A stretch of DNA of 32,000 bases from Enhydrobacter aerosaccus (GTDB lineage: Bacteria > Pseudomonadota > Alphaproteobacteria > Reyranellales > Reyranellaceae), in the NCBI RefSeq assembly GCF_900167455.1, contig NZ_FUWJ01000008.1, positions 153,378-185,377 of the forward strand. Direction: 5' to 3'. Position numbers and translations under genes: made by a program. The notes below the pieces were generated by a model, which saw only the letters and a list, made by a program, of their open reading frames with translations, did no database searches and was not told the origin of the DNA. Shown here one piece after another: positions 9,279-18,291 of the stretch; positions within the stretch are counted from its first letter, which is position 1; each line of letters opens with the position of its first letter.

Positions 9279-11559
9279 TGGCGCCAACGCTTTGTGCCGC
9301 CAGCAGGGCCGCCGCCTCGATGATCTGTCCGTAGCTGAGACCGGCATCGTTCATGGGCACGGCGCTCGGCAACAAGACCTCGAAATCCGCCTCGGTAAGC
9401 AAATGTGCGGCGCGCTCGGTCAGCCGTTTGTTCTGGAACACGCCACCGACGAGTCCGACCTTGCAGATTGGAGTCGTTCGGCGGATCAGTACCGCCTGGT
9501 CGCGAATGGTTTCCGCCAGCCACTCGTGGAAAATGGCGCTGCGCTCGCCGACCGATCGGGAAGCATCTGCCACGATCCCGATCAGCGGCTCCCAATCGGC
9601 GATCGTCAGGCTGGCCGGCGTCTGTAGGGCGATCCGTGTCGCGTCGCCGAGATTGGCTTCCGTCTCCAGCCAAATCGCCGCCTGTGCCTCGTACGTCGCC
9701 CGACCGGCAAAGCCCAGCATGGCAGCCACCGCGTCGAACAGCCGTCCGACCGACGTCGTGACGGGACAGTTGATGTTGCTTTCCCAGGCCCGTCGCAACA
9801 GCCTGGTCTCCACGGCTACGTCGTCCGAATCCAGGCCGGCCTCCCAGCAGAGACCCAGGGCGCAGCGCCAGGGCTCGCGTGCGGCTCGTTCTCCACCAGG
9901 CAGTCGAAACGGTCGCAGCGAGGCGACGCGACGCCAATGACCTGGTCCTCCCAGGAAAGCCTCGCCGCCCCACAACGTGTCGTCATCCCCTTTGCCCACG
10001 CCGTCCCAGGTGAACACCAACATGCCGGAGGATTGCTTATGTTCTCCCGCCAACGCCGATGCGTGCGCCCGATGATGTTGTACGGCAATCAAGGGTAACC
10101 CGCTGCGTCGGGCCCAACGCGTCGAGCTGTAGTCGGGATGCTGGTCGCAAACGATGGCTTGCGGCTGCACGCCGAACAACGTCTGAAGGTCCAGTACCGT
10201 ATCGACGAACAGTGACTGAGTTCGCAGCGATCCCAGATCGCCAATGTGGGGAGACACCACCGCGCGGTTCGCCCAGGCTAGCGCAACCGTGTTCTTCTTC
10301 TGACCACCGACTGCCAGCAATGGGCGGTCCAGCGCGACCGGCAGGTGGAGCTGTAACGGCGCGTTGCCGCGGCCCAGGCGCAACGGCCGCACGTGGCCTG
10401 CAATCCGTCGGCAAACCGGATCGTCGGCGGGCCGCCGTATCGGCCGGTTGTGAATCAAGAAGGCGTCCGCGACATCCTTCAAGCGCTCAACGGCTGCGCT
10501 CTCGTCGATCTCCACCGGATCCCCGGAGCGATTGCCGCTGGTCGCAACGACCGGACCGCCAAACCCATCGAGCAGCAGCGCATGGAGCGGGCTGTAGGGG
10601 AGCAGGAGGCCAATTTCACGCAGCCCCGGCGCTATGGAGGAGGCAAGCGCCTGCGGCCGCTTGGCGGCAATGACCACAGGTCGTACGGGATCGAGCAAGG
10701 CGACAGCCTCTTCGTCGGTCAATCGGGCAATTGCCCGCGCTTCGGCCAAACCGTCGGCCCCACGCTCCCTGACCATGACGGCCAACGGCTTGTCCGGCCG
10801 TTGCTTACGCCGCCTCAGATGGCGCACCGCGGCCTCGGACCGAGCGTCACAAAACAGATGAAATCCACCGATCCCCTTGACGGCCACAACGCGTCCCTGG
10901 CGCAGATGCGCAATGACCGCCCGGAGGGCTTGTTCACCGGTTGATTGGCCAGGGGACATCTTAGGGTCGCCCGGCACTACAAACTGCAGCCTGGGGCCGC
11001 AGTCGGTGCAAGCCAGCGGCTGCGCATGATATCGACGATCGTCGGGTCGCTCATACTCCGACTGGCATGCTGCGCACATCGAAAAGGCCGCCATCGCCGT
11101 GTTGGGCCTGTCGTACGGCAGAACATCGATGATCGTATATCTCGGGCCGCACTGCGTGCAGTTGATGAACGGATAGCGATATCGCCGGTCGGACGGATCG
11201 CGTAGTTCCATCAAGCACGCGGGGCAAGCGGGATAGTCCGGCGGAATCGACGCCATTGCCATCTCGCCTTGAGCGCTGGTGTCGATCGAGAAGCCGGCAA
11301 GAGCGGCCCAGTCCAGCCGCTTGCGGGTCACCAGCCGCGGCCGCGCGAAGGCGGGTGCCCTCTCGATTAGCTTGCCGGAGAAAGCGTCAATCGCATCTTC
11401 CGCTCCTTCCAGGCGGATCAGTACCCGGGCACCTTCGTTGCGCACCCAGCCGGCCAGATGATGATCCCGAGCCAGTCGCCAGACAAAGGGGCGGAAGCCG
11501 ACGCCTTGAACGCGCCCTTCGACGAGCAGCAGAACCGACGCGAGAGACCCGACGGTCAC
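9268..11559 (-). CDS. hypF: Carbamoyltransferase HypF
   Basis: Acylphosphatase domain (LLLVEGRVQGVGFRPFVWRLA), two zinc-finger pairs (CPACLMEL..CTQCGPRYT; CAACQSEY..CTDCGPRL), and YrdC-like and Kae1-like regions. I prefer the GTG start at 11559, 1 nt after the endopeptidase stop. The listed ATG at 11643 is an alternative. Confidence 0.92.
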   Translation of the reverse strand: MTVGSLASVLLLVEGRVQGVGFRPFVWRLARDHHLAGWVRNEGARVLIRLEGAEDAIDAFSGKLIERAPAFARPRLVTRKRLDWAALAGFSIDTSAQGEMAMASIPPDYPACPACLMELRDPSDRRYRYPFINCTQCGPRYTIIDVLPYDRPNTAMAAFSMCAACQSEYERPDDRRYHAQPLACTDCGPRLQFVVPGDPKMSPGQSTGEQALRAVIAHLRQGRVVAVKGIGGFHLFCDARSEAAVRHLRRRKQRPDKPLAVMVRERGADGLAEARAIARLTDEEAVALLDPVRPVVIAAKRPQALASSIAPGLREIGLLLPYSPLHALLLDGFGGPVVATSGNRSGDPVEIDESAAVERLKDVADAFLIHNRPIRRPADDPVCRRIAGHVRPLRLGRGNAPLQLHLPVALDRPLLAVGGQKKNTVALAWANRAVVSPHIGDLGSLRTQSLFVDTVLDLQTLFGVQPQAIVCDQHPDYSSTRWARRSGLPLIAVQHHRAHASALAGEHKQSSGMLVFTWDGVGKGDDDTLWGGEAFLGGPGHWRRVASLRPFRLPGGERAAREPWRCALGLCWEAGLDSDDVAVETRLLRRAWESNINCPVTTSVGRLFDAVAAMLGFAGRATYEAQAAIWLETEANLGDATRIALQTPASLTIADWEPLIGIVADASRSVGERSAIFHEWLAETIRDQAVLIRRTTPICKVGLVGGVFQNKRLTERAAHLLTEADFEVLLPSAVPMNDAGLSYGQIIEAAALLAAQSVGANGQ

Positions 11560-11560
11560 G

Positions 11561-12043
11561 CTAGCTCCATCCGCGGCGCAACAGCTGGAGGAGCTTATCG
11601 CGCACAAGCGGAAGCGATCGTTCCACTTCCGGCGAGAGCCCAACTTTGAAGTCCAGGCTCTTGGGTTGGACGCCTATCAGGGCGCGCTCTAACGGCAGCA
11701 CCTCCTGCAGGCGGGCGACATCCAGAATATCGCGCAACGCTACCTCATGGGCGGTGTGCCGCGCGCCTCCCAGCTGACGGTCCATGTCGATGCCAAGAAA
11801 GCAGCGCACCGTGCCCGGTTCTGCCGCCAAGTGTGCCGCGTCGACCACGACGAGACGGTTGCATCGCTCGATATGCGACAACAGTTCGAATACTGCCGTG
11901 CCGCCGTCCAGAAGAAGCAGGTCCGCGGGGAAATCGGAAGCGTCCTGGGACCTAAGATAGGCAATCGCGCGAGTCCCCAGGCCATCGTCCGCGTAGGATG
12001 AATTGCCGTAACCCAGCACCAGCGTCGAGAGCCGATTCTGCAT
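11561..12043 (-). CDS. HyaD/HybD/HupD-family hydrogenase maturation endopeptidase
   Basis: Start at ATG 12043 (MQNRLSTLVLGYGNSSYADDGLG), which is the G-x-G-N-x-x-x-x-D-D-G-x-G signature. About 160 aa, the typical size. Sits 2 nt after the hypD stop. Confidence 0.85.
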   Translation of the reverse strand: MQNRLSTLVLGYGNSSYADDGLGTRAIAYLRSQDASDFPADLLLLDGGTAVFELLSHIERCNRLVVVDAAHLAAEPGTVRCFLGIDMDRQLGGARHTAHEVALRDILDVARLQEVLPLERALIGVQPKSLDFKVGLSPEVERSLPLVRDKLLQLLRRGWS

Positions 12044-12045
12044 TG

Positions 12046-13173
12046 TCAGGCCGCGACGCCAGTACGCCGATGAGGCGCGTGTGTGCGGTTGTGTAGGCCC
12101 GAGGTCCACCAGATGTGACAGGCGCCTTCGTCCGACACCATGCACGGTCCGATCGGACGTCGGGGCGTGCAGGCTTTGCCGTAGAGCTTGCAGTTCGTGG
12201 GCACCACCTTGCCCAGGACCACACGGGCGCAATCGCAGCCCGGCGGCATTTCTCCTGCGTGTCGACGGGCGGCGTCCTGTGGTGACGCCAGCAGGCTGCG
12301 CGCGTCACGGCTTGCAAAAGTTTCTGAAAGGGCAAAGCCGGAGCGGGCAATCGTGCCAATGCCGCGCCAATTCGCATCCACGATCCGCATCGAGTGCGAC
12401 AACTGCTGCTGCGCCACGCGATTGCCGCCGGGCCGTACGATCGCCGGATAGCAGTTCTTCAAGTGGGCCGTGGTCGCGAGAAGCTGCGTCAGGACGTAGT
12501 AGGTGGCGGCCAGCAGGCTTTCCGCCGTGAAGCCCGCCACGGCAATCGGCAGGCCATAGCGTTCCGCCACGAACGACCATTCTTCCGGCCCCATCACCGT
12601 GGCGACGTGACCCGGTGCAATCAGGGCATCGAACCCTGGCTTCTCTGAAGCGAGCAGCATGTCGACCGCCGGCCAGGTCAGCCGGCCTGACACCAGGAGG
12701 AAAAGATTGTCTGGCACGCCTTGGCACAGCATCGCGGCGACCGGCGCCATCGTGGTCTCAAAGCCAGCGGCGAAGAAGACCACGCGCTTGTCCGGAAGCG
12801 CCCGCGCAATCGCCACAGCCTCCCGCGGACTGGCAATCGGCCGGATGTCGGCACCGGCGCCGCGCGCATCACTGAGGCAACGCGGATCGCTTCTGGCGGC
12901 GTTGATCGGCACACGCAGCATGTCCCCGAACGCAACGACGACGACATCGCATTCGCGCGCAAGCCGCATGGCGTCGCAAATGTCTTCTTCGGGGCAGACA
13001 CAAACCGGACAGCCCGGTCCGGGAATGATCCGAATTGTCTCGGGCAGGGCCGCCCGCAACCCGGTGTGAGACAGCGTGCGTTCGTGTCCGCCGCAGACAT
13101 TGAGAATGCTAACCGGGTGATCCAATGGCAGATCGCGGAGTCGATCCAACCAGACCTTAGCCGTGGCGCTCAT
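12046..13173 (-). CDS. hypD: Hydrogenase maturation protein HypD
   Basis: 375 aa with the CGGHE and GPGCPVCV motifs. Confidence 0.93.
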   Translation of the reverse strand: MSATAKVWLDRLRDLPLDHPVSILNVCGGHERTLSHTGLRAALPETIRIIPGPGCPVCVCPEEDICDAMRLARECDVVVVAFGDMLRVPINAARSDPRCLSDARGAGADIRPIASPREAVAIARALPDKRVVFFAAGFETTMAPVAAMLCQGVPDNLFLLVSGRLTWPAVDMLLASEKPGFDALIAPGHVATVMGPEEWSFVAERYGLPIAVAGFTAESLLAATYYVLTQLLATTAHLKNCYPAIVRPGGNRVAQQQLSHSMRIVDANWRGIGTIARSGFALSETFASRDARSLLASPQDAARRHAGEMPPGCDCARVVLGKVVPTNCKLYGKACTPRRPIGPCMVSDEGACHIWWTSGLHNRTHAPHRRTGVAA

Positions 13174-13939
13174 GGGCCGACTCTCCTATGACGGTTGCCG
13201 GCTTCGCCGCTCGACGATCCAGCCGCTGCCGATCAAGCCAGTCGATCCATGGGTCAAGGCCGCCCTTGCTGCGCACCGAGATGCCGATGACGGGAGAGAC
13301 ACAGCCGATCTCCCGGACTGCCGCTTCCGCCCGGTCGAAACGAAAATCGTCAAAGTGCGGCAGCAAATCGGTCTTGCTGACCAGAATGATGTCGCTGCCC
13401 CGGAACATGATCGGATACTTGGCCGGCTTGTCGTCGCCTTCGGGCACCGACAGCAAGGTGACGTTCCGATGCTGGCCAAGGTCGAACGACGCTGGGCAGA
13501 CGAGGTTCCCTACGTTTTCGATGAAGAGAACATCGAGGCCCTGTAGCGGCATGTCGTGCAAGGCCGCGTGGATCATTTGCGCGTCGAGATGGCAGGCCGT
13601 TCCAGTGGTGATCTGCACTGCCGGAACACCATGTCTCCGGATTCGCGCCGCGTCGTTCTCAGTTGCGAGATCTCCCTCGATGACGCCGATGTGCAGTCGA
13701 CCTTTCAGGGCTTCGATCGTCGCTTCGAGGAGCGCGGTCTTGCCGGACCCCGGTGCCGACATAAGGTTCACAGCGAAGACATTCGCCTCGTCTAGATGCG
13801 CCCGATTATGCTTCGCCATCCGATCGTTCTCGGCCATGAGATCGTGGAGCACGGTCAACGACCGGGGCTGACGGCGTGGCGTTGAGTCATCGTGATCATG
13901 GCGCGAATCATGCGCCGCGCATCCACAGTCATTGCACAT
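13157..13939 (-). CDS. hypB: Hydrogenase nickel-incorporation GTPase HypB
   Basis: N-terminal MCNDCGC metal site plus a short His/Asp-rich stretch, P-loop SAPGSGKT, and ENVGNLVCP and SKTDL motifs. Confidence 0.93.
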   Translation of the reverse strand: MCNDCGCAAHDSRHDHDDSTPRRQPRSLTVLHDLMAENDRMAKHNRAHLDEANVFAVNLMSAPGSGKTALLEATIEALKGRLHIGVIEGDLATENDAARIRRHGVPAVQITTGTACHLDAQMIHAALHDMPLQGLDVLFIENVGNLVCPASFDLGQHRNVTLLSVPEGDDKPAKYPIMFRGSDIILVSKTDLLPHFDDFRFDRAEAAVREIGCVSPVIGISVRSKGGLDPWIDWLDRQRLDRRAAKPATVIGESAHERHG

Positions 13940-14294
13940 GAGCTTCCTCCGCTGTTTCCAGCTCCAAGCTTTGGAAAATCAGGTCCTTCCCGCTGGCGAC
14001 ACGAACGTCGGCTGTATCGCAGGCCGCGCATCGCATATGACTGAGCCGGCCCGGCGTCTGCCTGCCGCACCGGCGGCATTCGAGAATCAATGGAGCCCTC
14101 TCAATGACGAGCTGAGCGTCATTGGCGACCGTGCCTCGCCGGGCGGCAGTGAAGGCCCGTTGCAGCAGCCCCGCCTCCACCCCCGCCAAAGGTCCGATTC
14201 GGACGGTCACGGACAGGACCCTGGCCGCGCCGTGCTTTCGGGCAAAGCGAGCGACCTCGTCGAGCAGAGCCTGACATATCGAAAGTTCGTGCAC
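13929..14294 (-). CDS. hypA: Hydrogenase nickel-insertion protein HypA
   Basis: 121 aa. MHE N-terminus and a zinc site CRRCG...CAAC. Confidence 0.9.
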   Translation of the reverse strand: MHELSICQALLDEVARFARKHGAARVLSVTVRIGPLAGVEAGLLQRAFTAARRGTVANDAQLVIERAPLILECRRCGRQTPGRLSHMRCAACDTADVRVASGKDLIFQSLELETAEEAHVQ

Positions 14295-14304
14295 GATACT
14301 TGCT

Positions 14305-14529
14305 TCACTGTCCGGAGAGAGCTTCGTCGATCACTTGCCAAGTTGCCGCTGCGTCCGTGCCGCTGATGACCTGGATTGCATAGCCAACGTGGACAAGTAC
14401 GTAATCCCCTGCGAGGACCGAGCCCTCTTCCAGCATGAAGAGACTGACATCGCGGGACACGCCACGGACCGAGCACCGGGCGACGAACCCGTTGATCGAC
14501 TCGACCCGCATCGGGATGGCCAAGCACAC
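14305..14529 (-). CDS. hypC: Hydrogenase assembly chaperone HypC/HupF family
   Basis: 74 aa. MCLAIPMRV N-terminus with the essential Cys2. Confidence 0.9.
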   Translation of the reverse strand: MCLAIPMRVESINGFVARCSVRGVSRDVSLFMLEEGSVLAGDYVLVHVGYAIQVISGTDAAATWQVIDEALSGQ

Positions 14530-14543
14530 GATATCCTCCTTCC

Positions 14544-15398
14544 CTAGAGGACCTCTAGGATCAATGAGAAGCGTTCATTGGCGACTTTGCGTTGCTGTTC
14601 GGTCAGGTCCGGCAGGAGCCGGGTGAAAGCCGTCGCAACGTAGCGAAGCGCCGCAATTCGCGCGGAAAGACGCCGTTCCTGCTGGCGCACCAGGGCTACG
14701 GCGTCCAACGGCTCGTTCGAGGGCGTCTGTTCCGTGAATGCCCGGCGGTCCGCCGCTGCTGCTGAACGTACCGATTCGGCAAAGCCAGTCCAATTCGCAG
14801 GTTCGGGCTGACCGATTCCGATCTCGTCGCGGAATCGCGTCAATCGGACTTCGACTTCTGCCGGCGCTACTGGTTGCCGGTCGGCAACAGAAGGAGGGGC
14901 AGGGGCAGGGCGCGCAGCAGGCATGGGCATGGTATGCGGCTCTGGTGATGCTGCAGATCCCGCTCCCTGCTGGGGGGCTGGCGGGCGTCCGTGCATTGAC
15001 ATCGTGGGCGACCCGGAGAGCTCTCCAGTGCCGCTTGAGGGTGCCGGTTCCGCAGTGGCTGCGGAGGCAGGGGGAGAAGCCCCGGTGCTGCCGCCTGGAC
15101 AGAAGAAGCTGAAGTCGCCGGTCGCCCTGCCTTTGTCGAACTCGGCCCAGTTCGGCTGAACACGATGGGCAGGAAGACTGTCGAAGGTTCCTGTCTGATG
15201 GCACATCGCACAGTGGGACTGGTGAGCCGGCACACGCAGGCGCCCTTGCGAAATGCAGTAGGTGTCGATCAAGTCGCCATAGCCTTGGCTTGGCCTTGCC
15301 ATCGTTGACACGCCGCCGGCGAGGGCGAGCGTCGTGATCAGCAGCCCGGCCAAGGTCATCTTACGGTCAAGCATGCTGGTGTTCCGCGTACTCGGCAT
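14544..15398 (-). CDS. Secreted fusion protein: N-terminal domain with one CxxCH (putative monohaem cytochrome c), Pro/Ala-rich linker, C-terminal LTXXQ (Spy/CpxP-like) domain
   Basis: 284 aa. Begins 6 nt after the hydrogenase large-subunit stop. Hydrophobic leader (MTLAGLLITTLALAGGVSTMA), CAMCH motif, and C-terminal LPDLTEQQRKVANERF. The C-terminal ~100 aa align by eye with the C-terminus of the protein at 18292..19011. The start codon is uncertain (M1, M9 or M14). Confidence 0.6.
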   Translation of the reverse strand: MPSTRNTSMLDRKMTLAGLLITTLALAGGVSTMARPSQGYGDLIDTYCISQGRLRVPAHQSHCAMCHQTGTFDSLPAHRVQPNWAEFDKGRATGDFSFFCPGGSTGASPPASAATAEPAPSSGTGELSGSPTMSMHGRPPAPQQGAGSAASPEPHTMPMPAARPAPAPPSVADRQPVAPAEVEVRLTRFRDEIGIGQPEPANWTGFAESVRSAAAADRRAFTEQTPSNEPLDAVALVRQQERRLSARIAALRYVATAFTRLLPDLTEQQRKVANERFSLILEVL

Positions 15399-15404
15399 GG
15401 CGCC

Positions 15405-17129
15405 CTAGAGGACCTTGACCTCGACAAGCTCACGTCCGCCCGGGTCGATGACGTGCACGGCGCAGGCCAGGCAAGGGTCGAAGCTGTGGATGGTCCTCAG
15501 GATCTCGAGCGGCCGCGTAGCATCGGCGAGACGATGCCCTCGCAGGGCGGCCTCATAGGGGCCATCTTGTCCCCGCGCGTCGCGCGGACCCGCGTTCCAG
15601 GTGCTGGGAACGACCGCCTGATAGTTTGCGATCTTGCCTTTCTCGATGGCAACCCAGTGTGCCAGCGCGCCGCGTGGCGCTTCCATGAACCCTGCGCCAC
15701 GGGCCTGAGGTGGCCACGTTGAGGGATCGAACAGGCTGTCGTCGAACGTGGCTCGATCGCCGGCCGCGATGTTGCGCAGCAGCGCGCTGTGCATGTCCGC
15801 GAGCGCATCAGCCAGAATCTTCGTTTCAAGGGTTCGTGAGGCAACGCGGCCCAACGTTGAGAAAAGACCTTCGATCGGCAGATCCAGCCGCTTAAGGCTG
15901 CTATCGATGAGTTCTCTCGCCTTGCGATCTCCGGTCGCATAGAGCAGCAGCATGCGCGCCAGCGGGCCGACTTCCATTGGTTTGCCACGCCAACGCGGTG
16001 ACTTGATCCAGGAATAGGAACGATCGACGTCGAGGTGCTCGTACGGTGGCTGTGGTCCCGTGTAGTTCGGGCGCGTTTCGCCATCGTACGGGTGAAGCGG
16101 CTTGTGCTTGCCGACCGAATAATCGTACCAGGAGTGGCTCACGAACTCCTGGACCTGCGCCGGATCTTCGAGATCGACGGGTAGCACCTTCGACAAATCG
16201 CGATCGAGAATGGCGCCGCGCGGAAACAACAGGGTCGACGAATTGAATGTATCGGTCCCGCGTGGAAGATCACCATAGCATAGGAAGTTGCCGGTGCCTT
16301 CGCCTACCTTGCTCCAATCCTTATAGTAGCTCGCGATCGCCAGGGTGTCGGGTAGGTAGACGTGATCTACGAAGTCACGCATCTTCTCGATAATGACGCC
16401 CACCTGCTTCAGGCTTGCAGCAGATACGGCCGTCACCTGCTCGCCCTCGCTGATCGTACAGGGAGCGCCCCCGACCACGAAGTTCGGGTGCGGATTGCGG
16501 CCGCCGAAGATGGCGTGAATCTTGACGACCTCGCGTTGCCACGCCAACGCCTCCAGGTAGTGGGCAAAGGCCAGCAGATTGACCTCGGGGGGCAACTTGT
16601 ACTCGGGGTGACCCCAATAGCCGTTGGTGAAGATCCCGAGCTGGCCACCGTCAACAAAGCGGCGCAGTCGGTCGCGGACAGTCGCGAAATAGTCCGTGCT
16701 GTTGTTGGTCCAGGGGCTGAGAGAGCGCTGCAATCGTGACGTTGCACCGGGGTCGGCGCTGGCCGCCGACATCACGTCCACCCAGTCGAGGGCATGAAGA
16801 TGATAGAAGTGCACCACATGGTCGTGGACGAACTGCGTCGCGATCATGATGTTGCGGATGAGCTGGGCGTTCGGGGGAATCTCGTATCCCAGAGCGAACT
16901 CGACGGCGCGCACCGATGCGATGCTGTGAACCACCGTGCACACGCCGCAGAATCGTTGCGTGAACGCCCAGGCATCGCGTGGGTCACGTCCGTTCAGGAT
17001 CAGTTCGATGCCACGCATCATGGTGCCGGAGCTCGAAGCGCGGGTGATGAACCCGGAGGCATCGGTCTCCGCCTCGATCCTGAGGTGCCCTTCGATGCGG
17101 GTCACCGGGTCAACGACGATGCGCGCCAT
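15405..17129 (-). CDS. [NiFe]-hydrogenase large subunit (group 1, periplasmic uptake type)
   Basis: 574 aa. N-terminal RIEGH and RFCGVCTVVH motifs, C-terminal DPCLACAVH followed by a 15-aa extension (VIDPGGRELVEVKVL) for endopeptidase processing. GGAG-type RBS about 10 nt upstream. Confidence 0.95.
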   Translation of the reverse strand: MARIVVDPVTRIEGHLRIEAETDASGFITRASSSGTMMRGIELILNGRDPRDAWAFTQRFCGVCTVVHSIASVRAVEFALGYEIPPNAQLIRNIMIATQFVHDHVVHFYHLHALDWVDVMSAASADPGATSRLQRSLSPWTNNSTDYFATVRDRLRRFVDGGQLGIFTNGYWGHPEYKLPPEVNLLAFAHYLEALAWQREVVKIHAIFGGRNPHPNFVVGGAPCTISEGEQVTAVSAASLKQVGVIIEKMRDFVDHVYLPDTLAIASYYKDWSKVGEGTGNFLCYGDLPRGTDTFNSSTLLFPRGAILDRDLSKVLPVDLEDPAQVQEFVSHSWYDYSVGKHKPLHPYDGETRPNYTGPQPPYEHLDVDRSYSWIKSPRWRGKPMEVGPLARMLLLYATGDRKARELIDSSLKRLDLPIEGLFSTLGRVASRTLETKILADALADMHSALLRNIAAGDRATFDDSLFDPSTWPPQARGAGFMEAPRGALAHWVAIEKGKIANYQAVVPSTWNAGPRDARGQDGPYEAALRGHRLADATRPLEILRTIHSFDPCLACAVHVIDPGGRELVEVKVL

Positions 17130-17163
17130 CGAACATTTTCTCCCTCAAGCCGGGCTCGTTTGG

Positions 17164-18132
17164 CTAGAACGGCTTTGTGTAGAAGCCGCCAGGGCGATCC
17201 CAGAAACTCGGCTGCGCACAGCCCAGACAACCGTGGCCGGAATACATTGGAAAGCTGGTCCCTTGGTTCCACTTGATCGTCGTGCAGGCATTGAACGTTA
17301 GTGGCCCCTTGCAGCCGAGATCCTTGAGGCACCAGCCCTTGCGAGCGCCTTCGTCGTCAAAGCTGCGCGCGAACTGCTGGCGCTCGAAGAACGGCAAGCG
17401 CGTGCAATTGTCGTGAACGGTCTTGCCGAAGAAGATCTTGGGCCGGCGCAGATCGTCGAGGGCGGGAATCGAACCGTAAGTGAGATAGTAGGTGACAAGG
17501 CCTGTGATCACTTCGGGCACGGGGGGACAACCAGGAATGTTGACGATTGGAGCCGTCACCTTGCCGGCCGCCACGAGGTCGCCGAGCGCGTCTGCCGCTC
17601 CGAAAGCACCGGAAGGATTTGGTGCGGCCGCCCCGATGCCGCCAAAGGCGGCACACGTACCGACCGAGGCAATAACCGCCGCCCCTTGGGCGGCATTGCG
17701 GACCAGCGACAGGCCTGCCTTGCCTCCGGTCGTTGACCGCGCGCCCGCATCCTTTCCGGGAATTGAGCCATCGACGATGAGGAAATACTTGCCCCAATTC
17801 TGCTCGATCGCCCGATCGCGCGCTGCCTCCGCCGCTGCGCCGGCTGCCGCTTGAAGCACGTGGTGGTAGTCCAACGAGATGGAGTCGAGGATCAGACTCT
17901 CCAGAGTTGGCTCGAAGGAGCGGAGCAGCGATTCGCTGCAGCCGGTGCATTCTTGTACCGACAGCCAGATCACGCTTGGCCGGGGCTTGGACGCAAGAGC
18001 TTGCGCAATCACTTCCGCGCTTCCCACCGGCAAGGTCAGCACCGAGCTCATGTACCCACAGAACTTCAGGAAGCCGCGCCGTGACACACCTTGGTTTCGC
18101 AATTCTTCGTAGAGCGATGGACGGACTCCCAT
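17164..18132 (-). CDS. [NiFe]-hydrogenase small subunit, Tat-exported, no C-terminal membrane anchor
   Basis: 322 aa. Tat motif SRRGFLKF, proximal cluster ECTGCSES and GTCAAFGG, GCPP, distal/medial cluster cysteines (HDNC, GCKGP, GHGCLGC). The protein ends 12 aa after FWD. Confidence 0.95.
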   Translation of the reverse strand: MGVRPSLYEELRNQGVSRRGFLKFCGYMSSVLTLPVGSAEVIAQALASKPRPSVIWLSVQECTGCSESLLRSFEPTLESLILDSISLDYHHVLQAAAGAAAEAARDRAIEQNWGKYFLIVDGSIPGKDAGARSTTGGKAGLSLVRNAAQGAAVIASVGTCAAFGGIGAAAPNPSGAFGAADALGDLVAAGKVTAPIVNIPGCPPVPEVITGLVTYYLTYGSIPALDDLRRPKIFFGKTVHDNCTRLPFFERQQFARSFDDEGARKGWCLKDLGCKGPLTFNACTTIKWNQGTSFPMYSGHGCLGCAQPSFWDRPGGFYTKPF

Positions 18133-18291
18133 GGCACCGCCTCCTTCCGACTAGCGACGGTCTCTTAGTTGGCTTTTGGCGACACCAATGCGTGAGAAGC
18201 GATATCGCGCCCCCAGCTGAGGTTGGGGGATACTGGGGTTTACTTCAGCCAAGGACGCGATATCGCCGGGGGGCCACGGTGCGCTCGCTTG

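Noticed and set aside
9227-10673. Alternative-frame and antisense ORFs inside hypF (9227..9973 minus, 9353..9940 plus, 10059..10673 plus, and others)
   Set aside because: They overlap the HypF frame, which carries acylphosphatase, zinc-finger and Kae1-like motifs. Their translations are Arg/Pro/Gly-rich.
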